Source: an uncultured Verrucomicrobiales bacterium (GTDB taxonomy: Bacteria; Verrucomicrobiota; Verrucomicrobiia; Verrucomicrobiales; Akkermansiaceae). From it: a stretch of 64,000 nucleotides of DNA. The number at the start of each line of letters is the position of its first letter. Position 1 is the stretch's first letter. Made by a program: the position numbers and the translations under genes. The stretch is from assembly GCA_963933605.1 (NCBI GenBank), contig CAWVVN010000001.1:29879-93878 (forward strand), in the 5' to 3' direction. Below the pieces are notes generated by a model, which worked only from the letters and a program-made list of their open reading frames with translations, searched no databases and was not told the DNA's origin. Positions 18,857 through 28,291 of the stretch are shown here, one piece after another.

Positions 18857-20386
18857 ATGATCCAACCCAACCACCCCGAGCAAAGTCATTCATCTGAAGA
18901 AGCAACAACAACTTCAACTAGTCACAGAAAAATAACAGAGCCTCAGAAAAAGTCCCGCATTCAAGAATTTGGACTCCAGGCCTCATCTAACAAAGTGAAG
19001 AACTTTGTTCTCGATACCAATGTGCTGTTACATGACCCAGGGTGTCTCAATCGGTTTAAGGATAATCATATATGCATACCCGTCGATGTGCTCGCGGAGC
19101 TCGACAAGTTCAAGGGTGAGCAAAGTGAGCGTGGCGCTAATGCCCGCCAAGTGCACCGGAGGCTAACGGAGCTATTTTCCTCAGGTGACATGGTGACCTC
19201 TGGAGTGCCTACTGAGGGAGGGGGTACGATCAGGTTGGTGATTTATGATCCGGATTTCTGCGAAGAAAATTCTAAAGAACTCGGCCAGTTTCTCCGCGTT
19301 TTCCCTGATCGCGAGCGTGTTGATCATCGCATTTTAGCGGCAACGGTACTGCTAATGGAGCACAATGACGCTCCTGTAGTGCTGGTGACGAAGGACTTGA
19401 ACATGCAACTCAAGGCGCGTGCGGTGGGTATCGAGTGTCAGGATTATCTGAATGATAAAGTCGATCCTGCTGAGATCAAAAGCTATGATATGCGCTGTGT
19501 TGATGTTGACCCTTCGGAGTTACAGCGCTTTGCCAGTTCAGGTGAGCTTGCCTTGGAGCATCCACGCCGGAAGGAGGTTGTGCTCAACCAGTATGTTTTA
19601 CTCAAGGGGGGTGAAAAGCAGACCATGCCAGCGCGGCTTGATGCGAACGGAACTTTTGTACGTCTTCAGATTCCTGAAGTGCTGCGCATTCCCGATGGAC
19701 ATCACCTTAAGCCTCTGAACCTAGGACAGAAATGCTTGATTGATGCACTGCTCAACCCAGATATTTCCTTGGTGACTTGTTATGGTCAGGCGGGAACTGG
19801 CAAAACGCTTGTAGCAGTTGCTGCAGGACTGCACGAAATGTTCAACCGCCGTTATAACGGGCTGACCATTAGCCGGCCAGTGGTTTCTATGGGCGACCAA
19901 TTAGGTTTTCTTCCCGGCACCTTGGATGAGAAGATGAAGCCGTGGCTGCAGCCCATTTACGATGCGCTAGACCTGCTTATGCAGCCAAGTAGCAATCAGG
20001 GCCCACGCCGTAAGCAGCAGAAGAAAGAGAACAATAACGAGCCTGCCAGTAAGCCTTACGATGATCTTATCGAGCGTGGCATCATTGAAATTGAAGCCCT
20101 TTGCTATATTCGTGGGCGCTCGATCCCTAATCGTTTCTTCATCCTTGATGAAGCTCAGCAATTGACTCCGCAAGAGGCTAAGACCGTGGTGACACGCATG
20201 TCTCGTGGCTCAAAGCTGGTGCTTGTCGGAGATCCTGCTCAGATTGACAATCCGTATGTGGATAGCCGCAGTAACGGGCTCGTATTTACTCGTAACAGGC
20301 TCAAGGGTCAGCCATTTACCGCTCATGTTACTTTGCTGCGAGGTGAGCGTAGTCCATTGGCGGAGGCTGGAGCTCAGCTGATGTAA
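18857..20386 (+). CDS. PhoH2/YlaK-type PIN domain plus PhoH ATPase
   Basis: PIN motif NFVLDTNVLLHDP and VTKDLNMQLKARA; Walker A GQAGTGKT, LGFLPG, YIRGRS, ILDEAQQLT and LVGDPAQID. Start moved to ATG 18857. Confidence 0.92.
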   Translation: MIQPNHPEQSHSSEEATTTSTSHRKITEPQKKSRIQEFGLQASSNKVKNFVLDTNVLLHDPGCLNRFKDNHICIPVDVLAELDKFKGEQSERGANARQVHRRLTELFSSGDMVTSGVPTEGGGTIRLVIYDPDFCEENSKELGQFLRVFPDRERVDHRILAATVLLMEHNDAPVVLVTKDLNMQLKARAVGIECQDYLNDKVDPAEIKSYDMRCVDVDPSELQRFASSGELALEHPRRKEVVLNQYVLLKGGEKQTMPARLDANGTFVRLQIPEVLRIPDGHHLKPLNLGQKCLIDALLNPDISLVTCYGQAGTGKTLVAVAAGLHEMFNRRYNGLTISRPVVSMGDQLGFLPGTLDEKMKPWLQPIYDALDLLMQPSSNQGPRRKQQKKENNNEPASKPYDDLIERGIIEIEALCYIRGRSIPNRFFILDEAQQLTPQEAKTVVTRMSRGSKLVLVGDPAQIDNPYVDSRSNGLVFTRNRLKGQPFTAHVTLLRGERSPLAEAGAQLM

Positions 20387-20453
20387 GCATGACGGCTATT
20401 GAGATTGAATTTCTAGGAAATACGATACATCTAGAGTAAGTCCCCGGTGACCT

Positions 20454-21017
20454 ATGATGACCTCGATGAATCGATCTATTTTACTGCTGCTCATTGTTTT
20501 GCTATCAGGCTGTGTCGGCAATACAGACCGTGCCAGGCCCTGGTTGGGAACTCTGCGCCATGAGCTGGGTTATTTAGGCGCCCGTAATTGGGTGGTTGTG
20601 GCTGAGGCGGCTTTTCCCATTCACAGCCGCCGAGGGCTGAGTGTGGTTCAACTTAACGGTGAGATCCCAGATGTAGTGGACGCTGTGGAGCGTGTGATTG
20701 AGGAGAAGTCTCACGTTAAGCCGCGTCTCTATGTCGCCACGGAGGCAGCCAGTGTGCCCTACGATTATGCTCCTGGCATTAAAAACTACCGCGAGCAGCT
20801 TGAGGAGGCTTTGCATGGCCGAGAGACAGTCCAGCTTGATCATACGATGTTATTGCGTATGCTTAACGATGCCAGTAAGACCTACCGGGTGCTTGTCATC
20901 AAGACGCGCAGCGCCCTTCCATACACATCCGTGTTCATGGAGTTGGGAAGCGGCTACTGGGATGCTGAGTCTGAATCCGCACTCAGAGAAGTCATCGACA
21001 ACGAAAACCTCCGATAG
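20454..21017 (+). CDS. RbsD/FucU-fold-like lipoprotein
   Basis: Lipobox LLSGC; ELGYLGARNWVVVAEAAFP resembles the RbsD/FucU N-terminal motif; C-terminal LPYTSVFMEL. Confidence 0.55.
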   Translation: MMTSMNRSILLLLIVLLSGCVGNTDRARPWLGTLRHELGYLGARNWVVVAEAAFPIHSRRGLSVVQLNGEIPDVVDAVERVIEEKSHVKPRLYVATEAASVPYDYAPGIKNYREQLEEALHGRETVQLDHTMLLRMLNDASKTYRVLVIKTRSALPYTSVFMELGSGYWDAESESALREVIDNENLR

Positions 21018-21034
21018 TCAATCATCACACCATC

Positions 21035-21379
21035 ATGGCAGCACCTAAAAAAATAGACGACGAGCTCATGCGTGAGCGGGAAGAGGCATGGGTAGGTGAT
21101 GCGGTGTTGGCCTTGTTCGTGCGTCGCTTGATTCTTAAGGAGCAAGGAAAGATGGATGGTGAGATGTTCATTCGTTGCACCTCGAACGATTTTCTTCGCA
21201 ATATAGGTAATCCGACCTCTGTAGAGGCGCTGATAGGGCGGATCTATGAAGGCGAGGGGCTTGAGGCTGCTTTTGATTGGATGGAATTCCAATTGTTGCC
21301 TGTGTTTCGTGAGCAGGAGAAAAATTACCGTAATCGAGAGGCTCAGAAGCCATTGAAGCGGCAAAAGAAACAGCGCTAA
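21035..21379 (+). CDS. Very short RNase III-domain protein (Mini-III-like, no dsRBD)
   Basis: REEAWVGDAVL resembles the RNase III signature. PTSVEALIGRIY resembles the second catalytic motif (Mini-III ATxFEAL.GYL). Confidence 0.65.
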   Translation: MAAPKKIDDELMREREEAWVGDAVLALFVRRLILKEQGKMDGEMFIRCTSNDFLRNIGNPTSVEALIGRIYEGEGLEAAFDWMEFQLLPVFREQEKNYRNREAQKPLKRQKKQR

Positions 21380-21395
21380 TTCTTCCAATGTAGTC

Positions 21396-22565
21396 ATGAA
21401 CGTTTCCCCATACTTTTTGTTGACCGTGGGAGGTTTCTTGCTGCTAGGCTTGCTGGCATCTACGATAGCCCAAAAGACAATACTGCCTCGGGTAACGATT
21501 CTGTTGCTCCTAGGTGTGGCTATCGGTAAAGATGGCTTGGGTGTGGTGCCGGCCTCGTTTGCAGACTATTTTCATGTCGTTGCTGACATCACCCTGGTGA
21601 TGATCGGTTTTTTGATCGGCGGTAAGTTAACCTTGAAGAGTGTAAGGGGTAGCGGTTTATCCGTATTATGGATATCGCTGGTTGCTGCAGTGGTGACCGT
21701 TCTTGTCGTTGGTTTGAGCTTGAGTGTATGTGGCTTTGCCTTCGAGCTTGCTCTCATGCTTGGCTGTATTGCAGCAGCCACTGCTCCGGCGGCTGTTTAT
21801 GATGTGGTGGCCCAGTTTCAGCCTCAGGGTAAGTTTGCCAAAAGGCTGTTATCGATTGTCGCCCTTGACGATATCTGGGGCTTGGTTCTCTTTGGGCTTG
21901 GCCTGGCCTATTTAAAGTCCTCTGCTGGAGGCACTGGTGGCGGCATGGTTTTGCTCAATGTGTTGCGAGATCTGGGCGGGGCACTTGTCTTAGGCTTGCT
22001 GATTGGCTTGCCCGCGGCTCATCTCACTGGGCGTGCGAAAAAGGGGCAGCCGATGCTCAGCGAGGCGCTGGGCTTGGTGCTGGTCTGTGGCGGCATGGCA
22101 CTCTTGTTTGGAGTTTCCCACCTGATTGCCGCAATGACGATGGGCTGTGTGATCGTCAATAGGGCGAAGCATCATAAGTATCCGTTCCATGCGCTGGAGG
22201 GGGTAGAGTCGATTTTTTTGGTGATCTTTTTTGTCTTAGCTGGAGTATCCCTCGATCTTGAGGCACTCAAAGGTGTTGGGCTATTGGCGAGTTCCTATGT
22301 CTTGGCGCGTATTTTTGGTAAATGCCTCGGAGGTTGGTTAGGTGGGCAGGTTGCGGGTGTTGATGCCAAGACAAAGCGGTGGATTGGGCCTGCCATGTTA
22401 CCACAGGCGGGAGTGGCTATTGGCATGGCCTTAGTGGCTTGTGCAGAGCTGCCAGATTATGAACAGGTGATGCTACCGATCGTGATAAGCTCCACGGTGA
22501 TCTTTGAGATCGTGGGACCCATTGTTACCAAGTTTGCCATCCGGCGTGTCGATGAGCAGCCTTAA
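21396..22565 (+). CDS. Cation:proton antiporter (Na+/H+ exchanger family)
   Basis: About 11-12 TM helices; IAAATAPAAV, SIVALDDIWGL, FFVLAG and LPQAGVAIG. Confidence 0.88.
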   Translation: MNVSPYFLLTVGGFLLLGLLASTIAQKTILPRVTILLLLGVAIGKDGLGVVPASFADYFHVVADITLVMIGFLIGGKLTLKSVRGSGLSVLWISLVAAVVTVLVVGLSLSVCGFAFELALMLGCIAAATAPAAVYDVVAQFQPQGKFAKRLLSIVALDDIWGLVLFGLGLAYLKSSAGGTGGGMVLLNVLRDLGGALVLGLLIGLPAAHLTGRAKKGQPMLSEALGLVLVCGGMALLFGVSHLIAAMTMGCVIVNRAKHHKYPFHALEGVESIFLVIFFVLAGVSLDLEALKGVGLLASSYVLARIFGKCLGGWLGGQVAGVDAKTKRWIGPAMLPQAGVAIGMALVACAELPDYEQVMLPIVISSTVIFEIVGPIVTKFAIRRVDEQP

Positions 22566-22584
22566 AACAAGGCAAGTTGTATGC

Positions 22585-23724
22585 TTAGCTTGCCAGTGAG
22601 CGGATGAAGCTCTCAAAGTAATCGACACCAGCTTCCAAGTCGGAAATACGGATAAACTCATCCTTGGTGTGGGCCTGATTGATCGATCCCGGGCCGATAC
22701 ATATGGAGGGGATGCCGGCGGCGTTGAGATGTGCGGCATCTGAGAACCATGGTGCGCTCACGGCTTTTGATGCTGGGTTGGCGGCTTGCATACGCTGTAT
22801 CCATGGGTTGTCATTGGCAACCTCCATGGGCGGGTTTTCATGGGGATTGATGACCTGAAGGGGTAGTTGTTGCTCGTTGATGACTTTTTCTACCAGTGCC
22901 AGAGCACCTGCATCATGATAAAGGGCTGGGGTGGTCCTGATGTCAATCTGAGCGGATGCGGAGTCAGGTACGATGTTGGGTTGTTTGCCGCCAGTGATAG
23001 TGCCGATATTGAGTGTTGAGTGGCTAAGCGTTGGGTGAGTGTAGCTGGCGAGTTGACTGGTGATGGCTTGGTCAAACTTGTCGAGGGCGCGGGCAATTTT
23101 GAGAATCGCGTTGTCGCCCGCCTCAGGTTGGGAGGCGTGCGCAGCCTTTCCCGTGGCTTTCAGTGTCGCCCAAAGAGAGCCCTTGGTGACATTGACAATG
23201 TCAAGAGAGGTGGGCTCGCCGGCGAGGCCGAACTGGTATTGCGCTGCGTGCTTTTCACCAAAGTGTTTAGAGCCATGCTGGGAGGCCTCTTCGCCCATGA
23301 AGCCGACAAAATCGACAGCGACCGGTAGGCTAGGAAGAATGTCAGCACAGTTCGCCAGCGCCTGTAGCATCGCCGCCATGGGGCCTTTGGTGTCGGAAGC
23401 GCCACGTCCCAAAATACGCCCGTCATCGGTGATCGTGCCGAAGGTGTCCATATCCATACCCGCGACACTTACCGTATCCAAATGCGGGCAGAGCAGGATG
23501 CGAGGCCGGCTGTCTTTTGCTGATGTTGCAGAGGGGCAGCGGCCGATTACATTAGGTCTGTTTGGCAGCACTTCTTCTTGGGTGACCGTGAAGTTGATGT
23601 CCTTCAAGTAATCCTGGACGAAATTGGCCATGGCGGCCTCACCCTCGCCATCTGGGCTACAGTCGGGATTAACACTTGGAATGCGGATCAGTTTTTGGAG
23701 CAGTTTGACAACGTTACTTGGCAT
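22585..23724 (-). CDS. M20/ArgE/DapE family metallopeptidase/deacylase
   Basis: LIRIPSVNP, CPHLDTV, GRGASDTKG, GEEA, GEPT and IGPGSINQAHTKDEF. Start moved to ATG 23724. Confidence 0.9.
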   Translation of the reverse strand: MPSNVVKLLQKLIRIPSVNPDCSPDGEGEAAMANFVQDYLKDINFTVTQEEVLPNRPNVIGRCPSATSAKDSRPRILLCPHLDTVSVAGMDMDTFGTITDDGRILGRGASDTKGPMAAMLQALANCADILPSLPVAVDFVGFMGEEASQHGSKHFGEKHAAQYQFGLAGEPTSLDIVNVTKGSLWATLKATGKAAHASQPEAGDNAILKIARALDKFDQAITSQLASYTHPTLSHSTLNIGTITGGKQPNIVPDSASAQIDIRTTPALYHDAGALALVEKVINEQQLPLQVINPHENPPMEVANDNPWIQRMQAANPASKAVSAPWFSDAAHLNAAGIPSICIGPGSINQAHTKDEFIRISDLEAGVDYFESFIRSLAS

Positions 23725-23806
23725 AAGGCGGTGATAACTACAAAACAGGTGGAATACCCGCAAAAAATGTCTGTGGAGATAGAGGCTTTCCGTCTAAACT
23801 AAACGC

Positions 23807-24340
23807 GTGCACCAAGATATTGAAAAGGTATTGATTGATGAGCAGGTGATCCAAAAGAGATTGGTAGCCTTGGCTGAGAAAGTAAGCACTGATTTTGAGG
23901 GCAAGCCGATGGTGGTTGTGGCTCTGCTGAAGGGGGCAATTCTGTTTATGGCAGATTTATTACGTAAGGTTCCTTTGCCGATGGAAATCGAGTGTGTCAA
24001 TGTTGCCAGCTACCACGGCGGAACGACCAGTAGCGGAGAGGTGACATTCCTCGATCGGTCCCTACCGGATGTTAAGGGCAAAGTCGTCTTGCTCCTCGAT
24101 GATATTCTCGACACGGGTAGGACCTTGGATGCTGTGAAAACAAAGCTCAATGAGCTGGGGGCGGCCGAGGTGAAAACTTGCGTGCTTTTAGCCAAGGATA
24201 TTGACCGAGCTGTATTCAAGGAAGCTGACTACACCGGCTTTGTCATCGGGGATGAGTTCGTAGTGGGTTATGGTCTGGACTACCAAGGGCGTTATCGTAA
24301 CCTACCTTATGTTGGTATTCTCAAGGAGAACGCCATCTAA
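23807..24340 (+). CDS. hpt: Hypoxanthine phosphoribosyltransferase
   Basis: LLKGAILFMADL, VLLLDDILDTGRTL and FVVGYGLDYQGRYRNLPYVG; GTG start. Confidence 0.95.
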   Translation: MHQDIEKVLIDEQVIQKRLVALAEKVSTDFEGKPMVVVALLKGAILFMADLLRKVPLPMEIECVNVASYHGGTTSSGEVTFLDRSLPDVKGKVVLLLDDILDTGRTLDAVKTKLNELGAAEVKTCVLLAKDIDRAVFKEADYTGFVIGDEFVVGYGLDYQGRYRNLPYVGILKENAI

Positions 24341-24394
24341 CGTGAAATCAGAAAGCGTGGCCGGTTAAGGTTCGGTAAGATTTCTCAATCTATC

Positions 24395-25516
24395 GTGATG
24401 ATGAATATTTTGTTAGCACCTGATAAGTTCAAGGAGACGTTCTCTGCCGAGAAGGTTTGTGAGCTTGTGACCCGTGGTCTTCGGCAGGTATTGTCAGTAT
24501 CAGAGGCGGAAATTGTATCCTGTCCCATTGCTGATGGTGGTGACGGTTTTGTGGAGGTGCTTATGGCACAGCTGGGTGGTGAGTGGGTGGAGTGTGAGGC
24601 ACATGATGCGATGGGGCGTCCACTACTTGCGCGTTACGCGCTGTGTGGTGACACAGCGGTGATGGAAATGTCGGAGGCCTCAGGAATACGTCATATCCCC
24701 AAAGAAATGCGTGATATTTGGCGCGCGAACACTCAGGGAACAGGAGAGATGATGCGGCATGCCATTGAACGCCATGGCGTCCAACGTATCATCATGGGGA
24801 TCGGTGGCAGTGTGAGTAATGACGCTGGCTGTGGTATGGCTGCGGCTCTGGGTGTTAGATTTCTTGATGAATCTGGGGTAATGCTTGATCCGGTGCCGGG
24901 TCAGCTGACACGGTGCGCTTTCGTAAACGATTCAGAGCAAATTTCTTTGCCTGAGGTTATTGTCGCCTGTGATGTTGATAACCCTCTGCTAGGAGATTGC
25001 GGGGCCGTGCGTGTGTATGCCCCTCAGAAAGGCGCAGGTGAAGCTGATTTGGCGAAGCTGGAGTCCATGCTCGGGGCTATCGTTACGCTCACCCATGGTG
25101 ATCAAGCAGCGCTTGAAGCCGGTGCAGGAGCTGCCGGTGGGCTGGGCTTTGGTCTATTGCACTTTTGTGGTGCGCGTCTGCTGTCTGGCTTTGATCTGGT
25201 TGCCGAGGAAACAGGGCTACTGAAAAAAATGACTCGCTGTGATCTGGTCATTACCGGTGAGGGAAAACTGGATGCTCAGACTTTACATGGCAAAGGGCCA
25301 GCAGGGGTCGCGCGATTGGCCCATGAGGCAGGCAAGCAGGTAGCCGTCATTGCTGGTTTTGTGGAGCTCGAAGAAAATGACCCAGGCGCTCTATTCGACC
25401 ACATTTACGAGCTGCATGACGGATCGCGTCCTATGGAGGAAACGATCCGCTGCGGTGAAGCCTTGCTGATAGAAAAATCGGCACAGTTAGCCAGAGAGTT
25501 AGCCTCTGGTCTATAG
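24395..25516 (+). CDS. glxK: Glycerate kinase (GlxK/GarK family)
   Basis: LAPDKFKET, PIADGGDG, GAVRVYAPQKGA, GAGAAGGLG and ITGEGKLDAQTLHGK. Confidence 0.93.
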   Translation: MMMNILLAPDKFKETFSAEKVCELVTRGLRQVLSVSEAEIVSCPIADGGDGFVEVLMAQLGGEWVECEAHDAMGRPLLARYALCGDTAVMEMSEASGIRHIPKEMRDIWRANTQGTGEMMRHAIERHGVQRIIMGIGGSVSNDAGCGMAAALGVRFLDESGVMLDPVPGQLTRCAFVNDSEQISLPEVIVACDVDNPLLGDCGAVRVYAPQKGAGEADLAKLESMLGAIVTLTHGDQAALEAGAGAAGGLGFGLLHFCGARLLSGFDLVAEETGLLKKMTRCDLVITGEGKLDAQTLHGKGPAGVARLAHEAGKQVAVIAGFVELEENDPGALFDHIYELHDGSRPMEETIRCGEALLIEKSAQLARELASGL

Positions 25517-25559
25517 AGAAGCCCGATATTACGTGAGGCTAAGGATAGATGAATACGAA

Positions 25560-27773
25560 TTACTCGGAATCATCCTCAGTCATCTTTCTCAGCTCGTACC
25601 CTGAGTAAAAGGGTTCCACGTCCTGCTGTAGTTTTTCTCGGGTAAGCTCACCGTCTTTGACAGAAAACTCATACAGGTTGTATGCGCCTTCGAGGTAGCT
25701 GAAGCTGGTGGTGTCATCCTCGTAGAGCTGACAGGTGCGAACCTTGGTGCCGTAGTGGCGGATCTCAATAGCTGCTCCCTGCATGTCCCTGGTGCGGTTC
25801 ACGGGGTCTTTAAGCATTGGGATGAGTGAGCCTTCCTTGACGAAGAGTGGTGGCATGTCATTGGTTTGCTCTGCGGTGACGATGATTGTTGTGCCATTAC
25901 CCGCTAGCTTGCCGGTGTAGAAGTTATACCAATTTCCAGCGGGGAGATTCACCTTGCGCTCTGTCTGCGTGTTGATGAAGGGGGCGACGAGGATGTCGGG
26001 ACCAAACATATAGAGGGTATTGTCCTCGGTAATCTTCTGGTGGAAGCCATCTCCGTAGGGGTCTTCTTCACTATCGAGTTTGCGCGTTTGTGACTTGGTC
26101 TGGGCTTCCGCCTCACCAGTTTCAAGCAGCATCGAGCGAACCGGGGGGATGCCTTCCTGGTTGTAGCGTGCAAAGGCGGTGTAGAGGTAGGGTAAGAGCT
26201 GCATGCGAAGCTGGATGGTGCGGCGGATAGCATCGGTGGAGTCTTCGTAAGTCCATGGCTTCGTCTCACTAGCCCAAGCATTGAGCATCGCCATTGGCGA
26301 TAAACAGGTGGTGTGCATGCGGTTAATCCACTCGCGACTGTTTTTGGCGCTGCGAATTTCAGGACACCATAGAATACCACTAAGACTGGCAGCCGAGATG
26401 CCTGTGACATACTGATCATGTCCGTAGGAATCTGAGTAAATGACAAAGGGGTAATTGGATGCGGCTCCATTGCTGGCACGAACCTTGGAATAGGTGCGCC
26501 TGTTGTTTTTCTGGTAGAGCTCTTTGTAGATCATGCGTTGCAGTTGCATGCCGTAGGTTTGGCGCATGACCTCTGCAGGCGTGCCAGAGGGGAAGGTGGC
26601 ATGGTCTGGCCACAGCCAAAAGTCATAGCCATCACATTCATCAATCTTGTAGCCAGATATGCCGATATCAAAGTGGTCGGTTTTGTGTTGGTCGAGCAAT
26701 ACCTTGCGTGCTTCGGGAAGCATGTAGTCCGGGGCGATACCGAGCCAGACGGTGTGTGAGCCGGAAAGTGGATACATATCCTCATAGATACGGGCGTGCT
26801 TGGAGATGTAGGGGTTCACCCAGAGGTTGAGGCGGATGCCGTCATCAAGAAGCTTTTGCGTGAAAGCTGCGGGATCGGGGAAACGCTTTTTCTGCCACTC
26901 GAAGGTGCAGGGGTAGGATTTGGACTGCCAACCCGGTTCAAGACCAATGACATCAAGTGGCATATTGTGGTCTTTAAAATCTGCGATTTCCTGTTCCGTT
27001 TCAGCGGCACTGAACTTAGCTGGGGTGCGGTGCCAGAAACCAAGTCCCCAGAGTGGCGGCATGGCCCCACCACCAGAGTAGAGATTATAGCGAGCGACGA
27101 TGTCCTGAAGGTTTGTGCCGGTGAAGCCGACAAGCTCAATGCCATCTCCCTGGATGTATGCTTCCACTGCATCACTGGGTGGAACTGCGAGCCAAGGGCC
27201 GGCTTGCTTTTCGTCAGCAGGAGGGTTGCGGTCGACTTCTTTGGGCAGACTTAGAGAATCCTTGCGATTACAGACTTGGTTGTAAATTTTCAGATAGGCT
27301 GCGGTATTGAAGAATACTCCGTAGCCCTTGCTGGAGATGAAAAAAGGCACTGGAGCATGGGTTGAACCACCGTCTTTGCTGTAGTGATCTACTTTGAGTT
27401 CAATGACCTTGCCGCTGCGCATGGTTTTATCAAACTGCAGACCGTAGCCGTAGATTTTTTCATCAGGTTCAGTGGGGATATACACCATGATCTTGTGATC
27501 AGGGTTGATGCGGTAGCGGGCGTTTTCGAGTGCCTTGGTCAGCGGCACATCGGGCAATGAATTCAGAGCTTTCAGTTTGGGTGGAGCACCGGCGAGGTCG
27601 CTGTAGCGGTAGAGCTTATCTGTTTCGCCGAGGCTCGCCACATAGACTCCGTTAGCGAGTTTTTTCCAGTCATTGATGGGCTTGAGATCTGAGATGTCGC
27701 CATCGGGTGCTGCACAGAGTGACGTAGCGGCAATGGCGGCCGATAATAGGGAGGAGATAAAAGGAAATTGCAT
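25560..27773 (-). CDS. Secreted glycoside hydrolase family 31 protein
   Basis: Signal peptide from ATG 27773; GGAMPPLWGLGFW, PLDVIGLEPGW, catalytic-like GYKIDECDG, YMFGPDILVAP and LYEDD. Confidence 0.85.
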   Translation of the reverse strand: MQFPFISSLLSAAIAATSLCAAPDGDISDLKPINDWKKLANGVYVASLGETDKLYRYSDLAGAPPKLKALNSLPDVPLTKALENARYRINPDHKIMVYIPTEPDEKIYGYGLQFDKTMRSGKVIELKVDHYSKDGGSTHAPVPFFISSKGYGVFFNTAAYLKIYNQVCNRKDSLSLPKEVDRNPPADEKQAGPWLAVPPSDAVEAYIQGDGIELVGFTGTNLQDIVARYNLYSGGGAMPPLWGLGFWHRTPAKFSAAETEQEIADFKDHNMPLDVIGLEPGWQSKSYPCTFEWQKKRFPDPAAFTQKLLDDGIRLNLWVNPYISKHARIYEDMYPLSGSHTVWLGIAPDYMLPEARKVLLDQHKTDHFDIGISGYKIDECDGYDFWLWPDHATFPSGTPAEVMRQTYGMQLQRMIYKELYQKNNRRTYSKVRASNGAASNYPFVIYSDSYGHDQYVTGISAASLSGILWCPEIRSAKNSREWINRMHTTCLSPMAMLNAWASETKPWTYEDSTDAIRRTIQLRMQLLPYLYTAFARYNQEGIPPVRSMLLETGEAEAQTKSQTRKLDSEEDPYGDGFHQKITEDNTLYMFGPDILVAPFINTQTERKVNLPAGNWYNFYTGKLAGNGTTIIVTAEQTNDMPPLFVKEGSLIPMLKDPVNRTRDMQGAAIEIRHYGTKVRTCQLYEDDTTSFSYLEGAYNLYEFSVKDGELTREKLQQDVEPFYSGYELRKMTEDDSE

Positions 27774-27921
27774 AGCTGTTTTTGATGTTGTGTGGTTCGT
27801 TGAGCTTTTGAGGGGAAGTTCGGCATGCAGGGTCATCATCAAGGTGTGAGATGCTGCCGTTCGATGACGACTATACTCAGACGAAAGTCCATGTCTTCCA
27901 TAAAATGGGACAGAGGAATAC

Positions 27922-27946
27922 AAAAAAACCGCCATGTGTTGGCGGT
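27922..27946 (-). terminator. Rho-independent terminator downstream of tRNA-Phe
   Basis: On the minus strand: ACCGCCA-ACACA-TGGCGGT followed by a T run. Confidence 0.8.
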
Positions 27947-27985
27947 GAATTAATTGCACTAGCTTGTGTGCGCTAGGTTATAAAG

Positions 27986-28061
27986 TGGCGGCTCCACCCG
28001 GGTTCGAACCAGGGACACAAGGATTTTCAATCCTCTGCTCTACCAACTGAGCTATGGAGCC
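27986..28061 (-). tRNA. tRNA-Phe (GAA), 76 nt, CCA encoded
   Basis: Cloverleaf: acceptor stem GGCTCCA/TGGAGCC, D-arm GCTC-AGTTGGTA-GAGC, anticodon arm GAGGA-TTGAAAA-TCCTT, T-arm CCTGG-TTCGAAC-CCGGG, 3' end GCCA. Confidence 0.97.
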
Positions 28062-28203
28062 TCACCTTAAATGCAGCAAAGCTGCTGAGGGTGCGGGAGG
28101 GGTTTAGTTCCCGACGGCCGGATTGACAATAGAAAAATAGAGGGAAAATGAAGATGGTTGTCTAATGGACTCTTTTCTCATGAAGATGTTTAAGGGTACA
28201 TAT

Positions 28204-28233
28204 AAAAAGACACTCCGGTGTGGAGTGTCTTTT
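28204..28233 (-). terminator. Rho-independent (possibly bidirectional) terminator downstream of rpsU
   Basis: AAAAGACACTCC-GGTGT-GGAGTGTCTTTT: 12-bp stem with A and T tails. Confidence 0.85.
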
Positions 28234-28291
28234 GATAAAATAATTAAGCAGTAGAAACTAATTTTAGAAGCTGCTTTCGCGAGGAGAACGC

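Noticed and set aside
25517-28061. Genomic island integrated at tRNA-Phe carrying the GH31 gene
   Set aside because: No integrase, and I found no duplicated tRNA 3' end (att site) at the far side of the GH31 gene.
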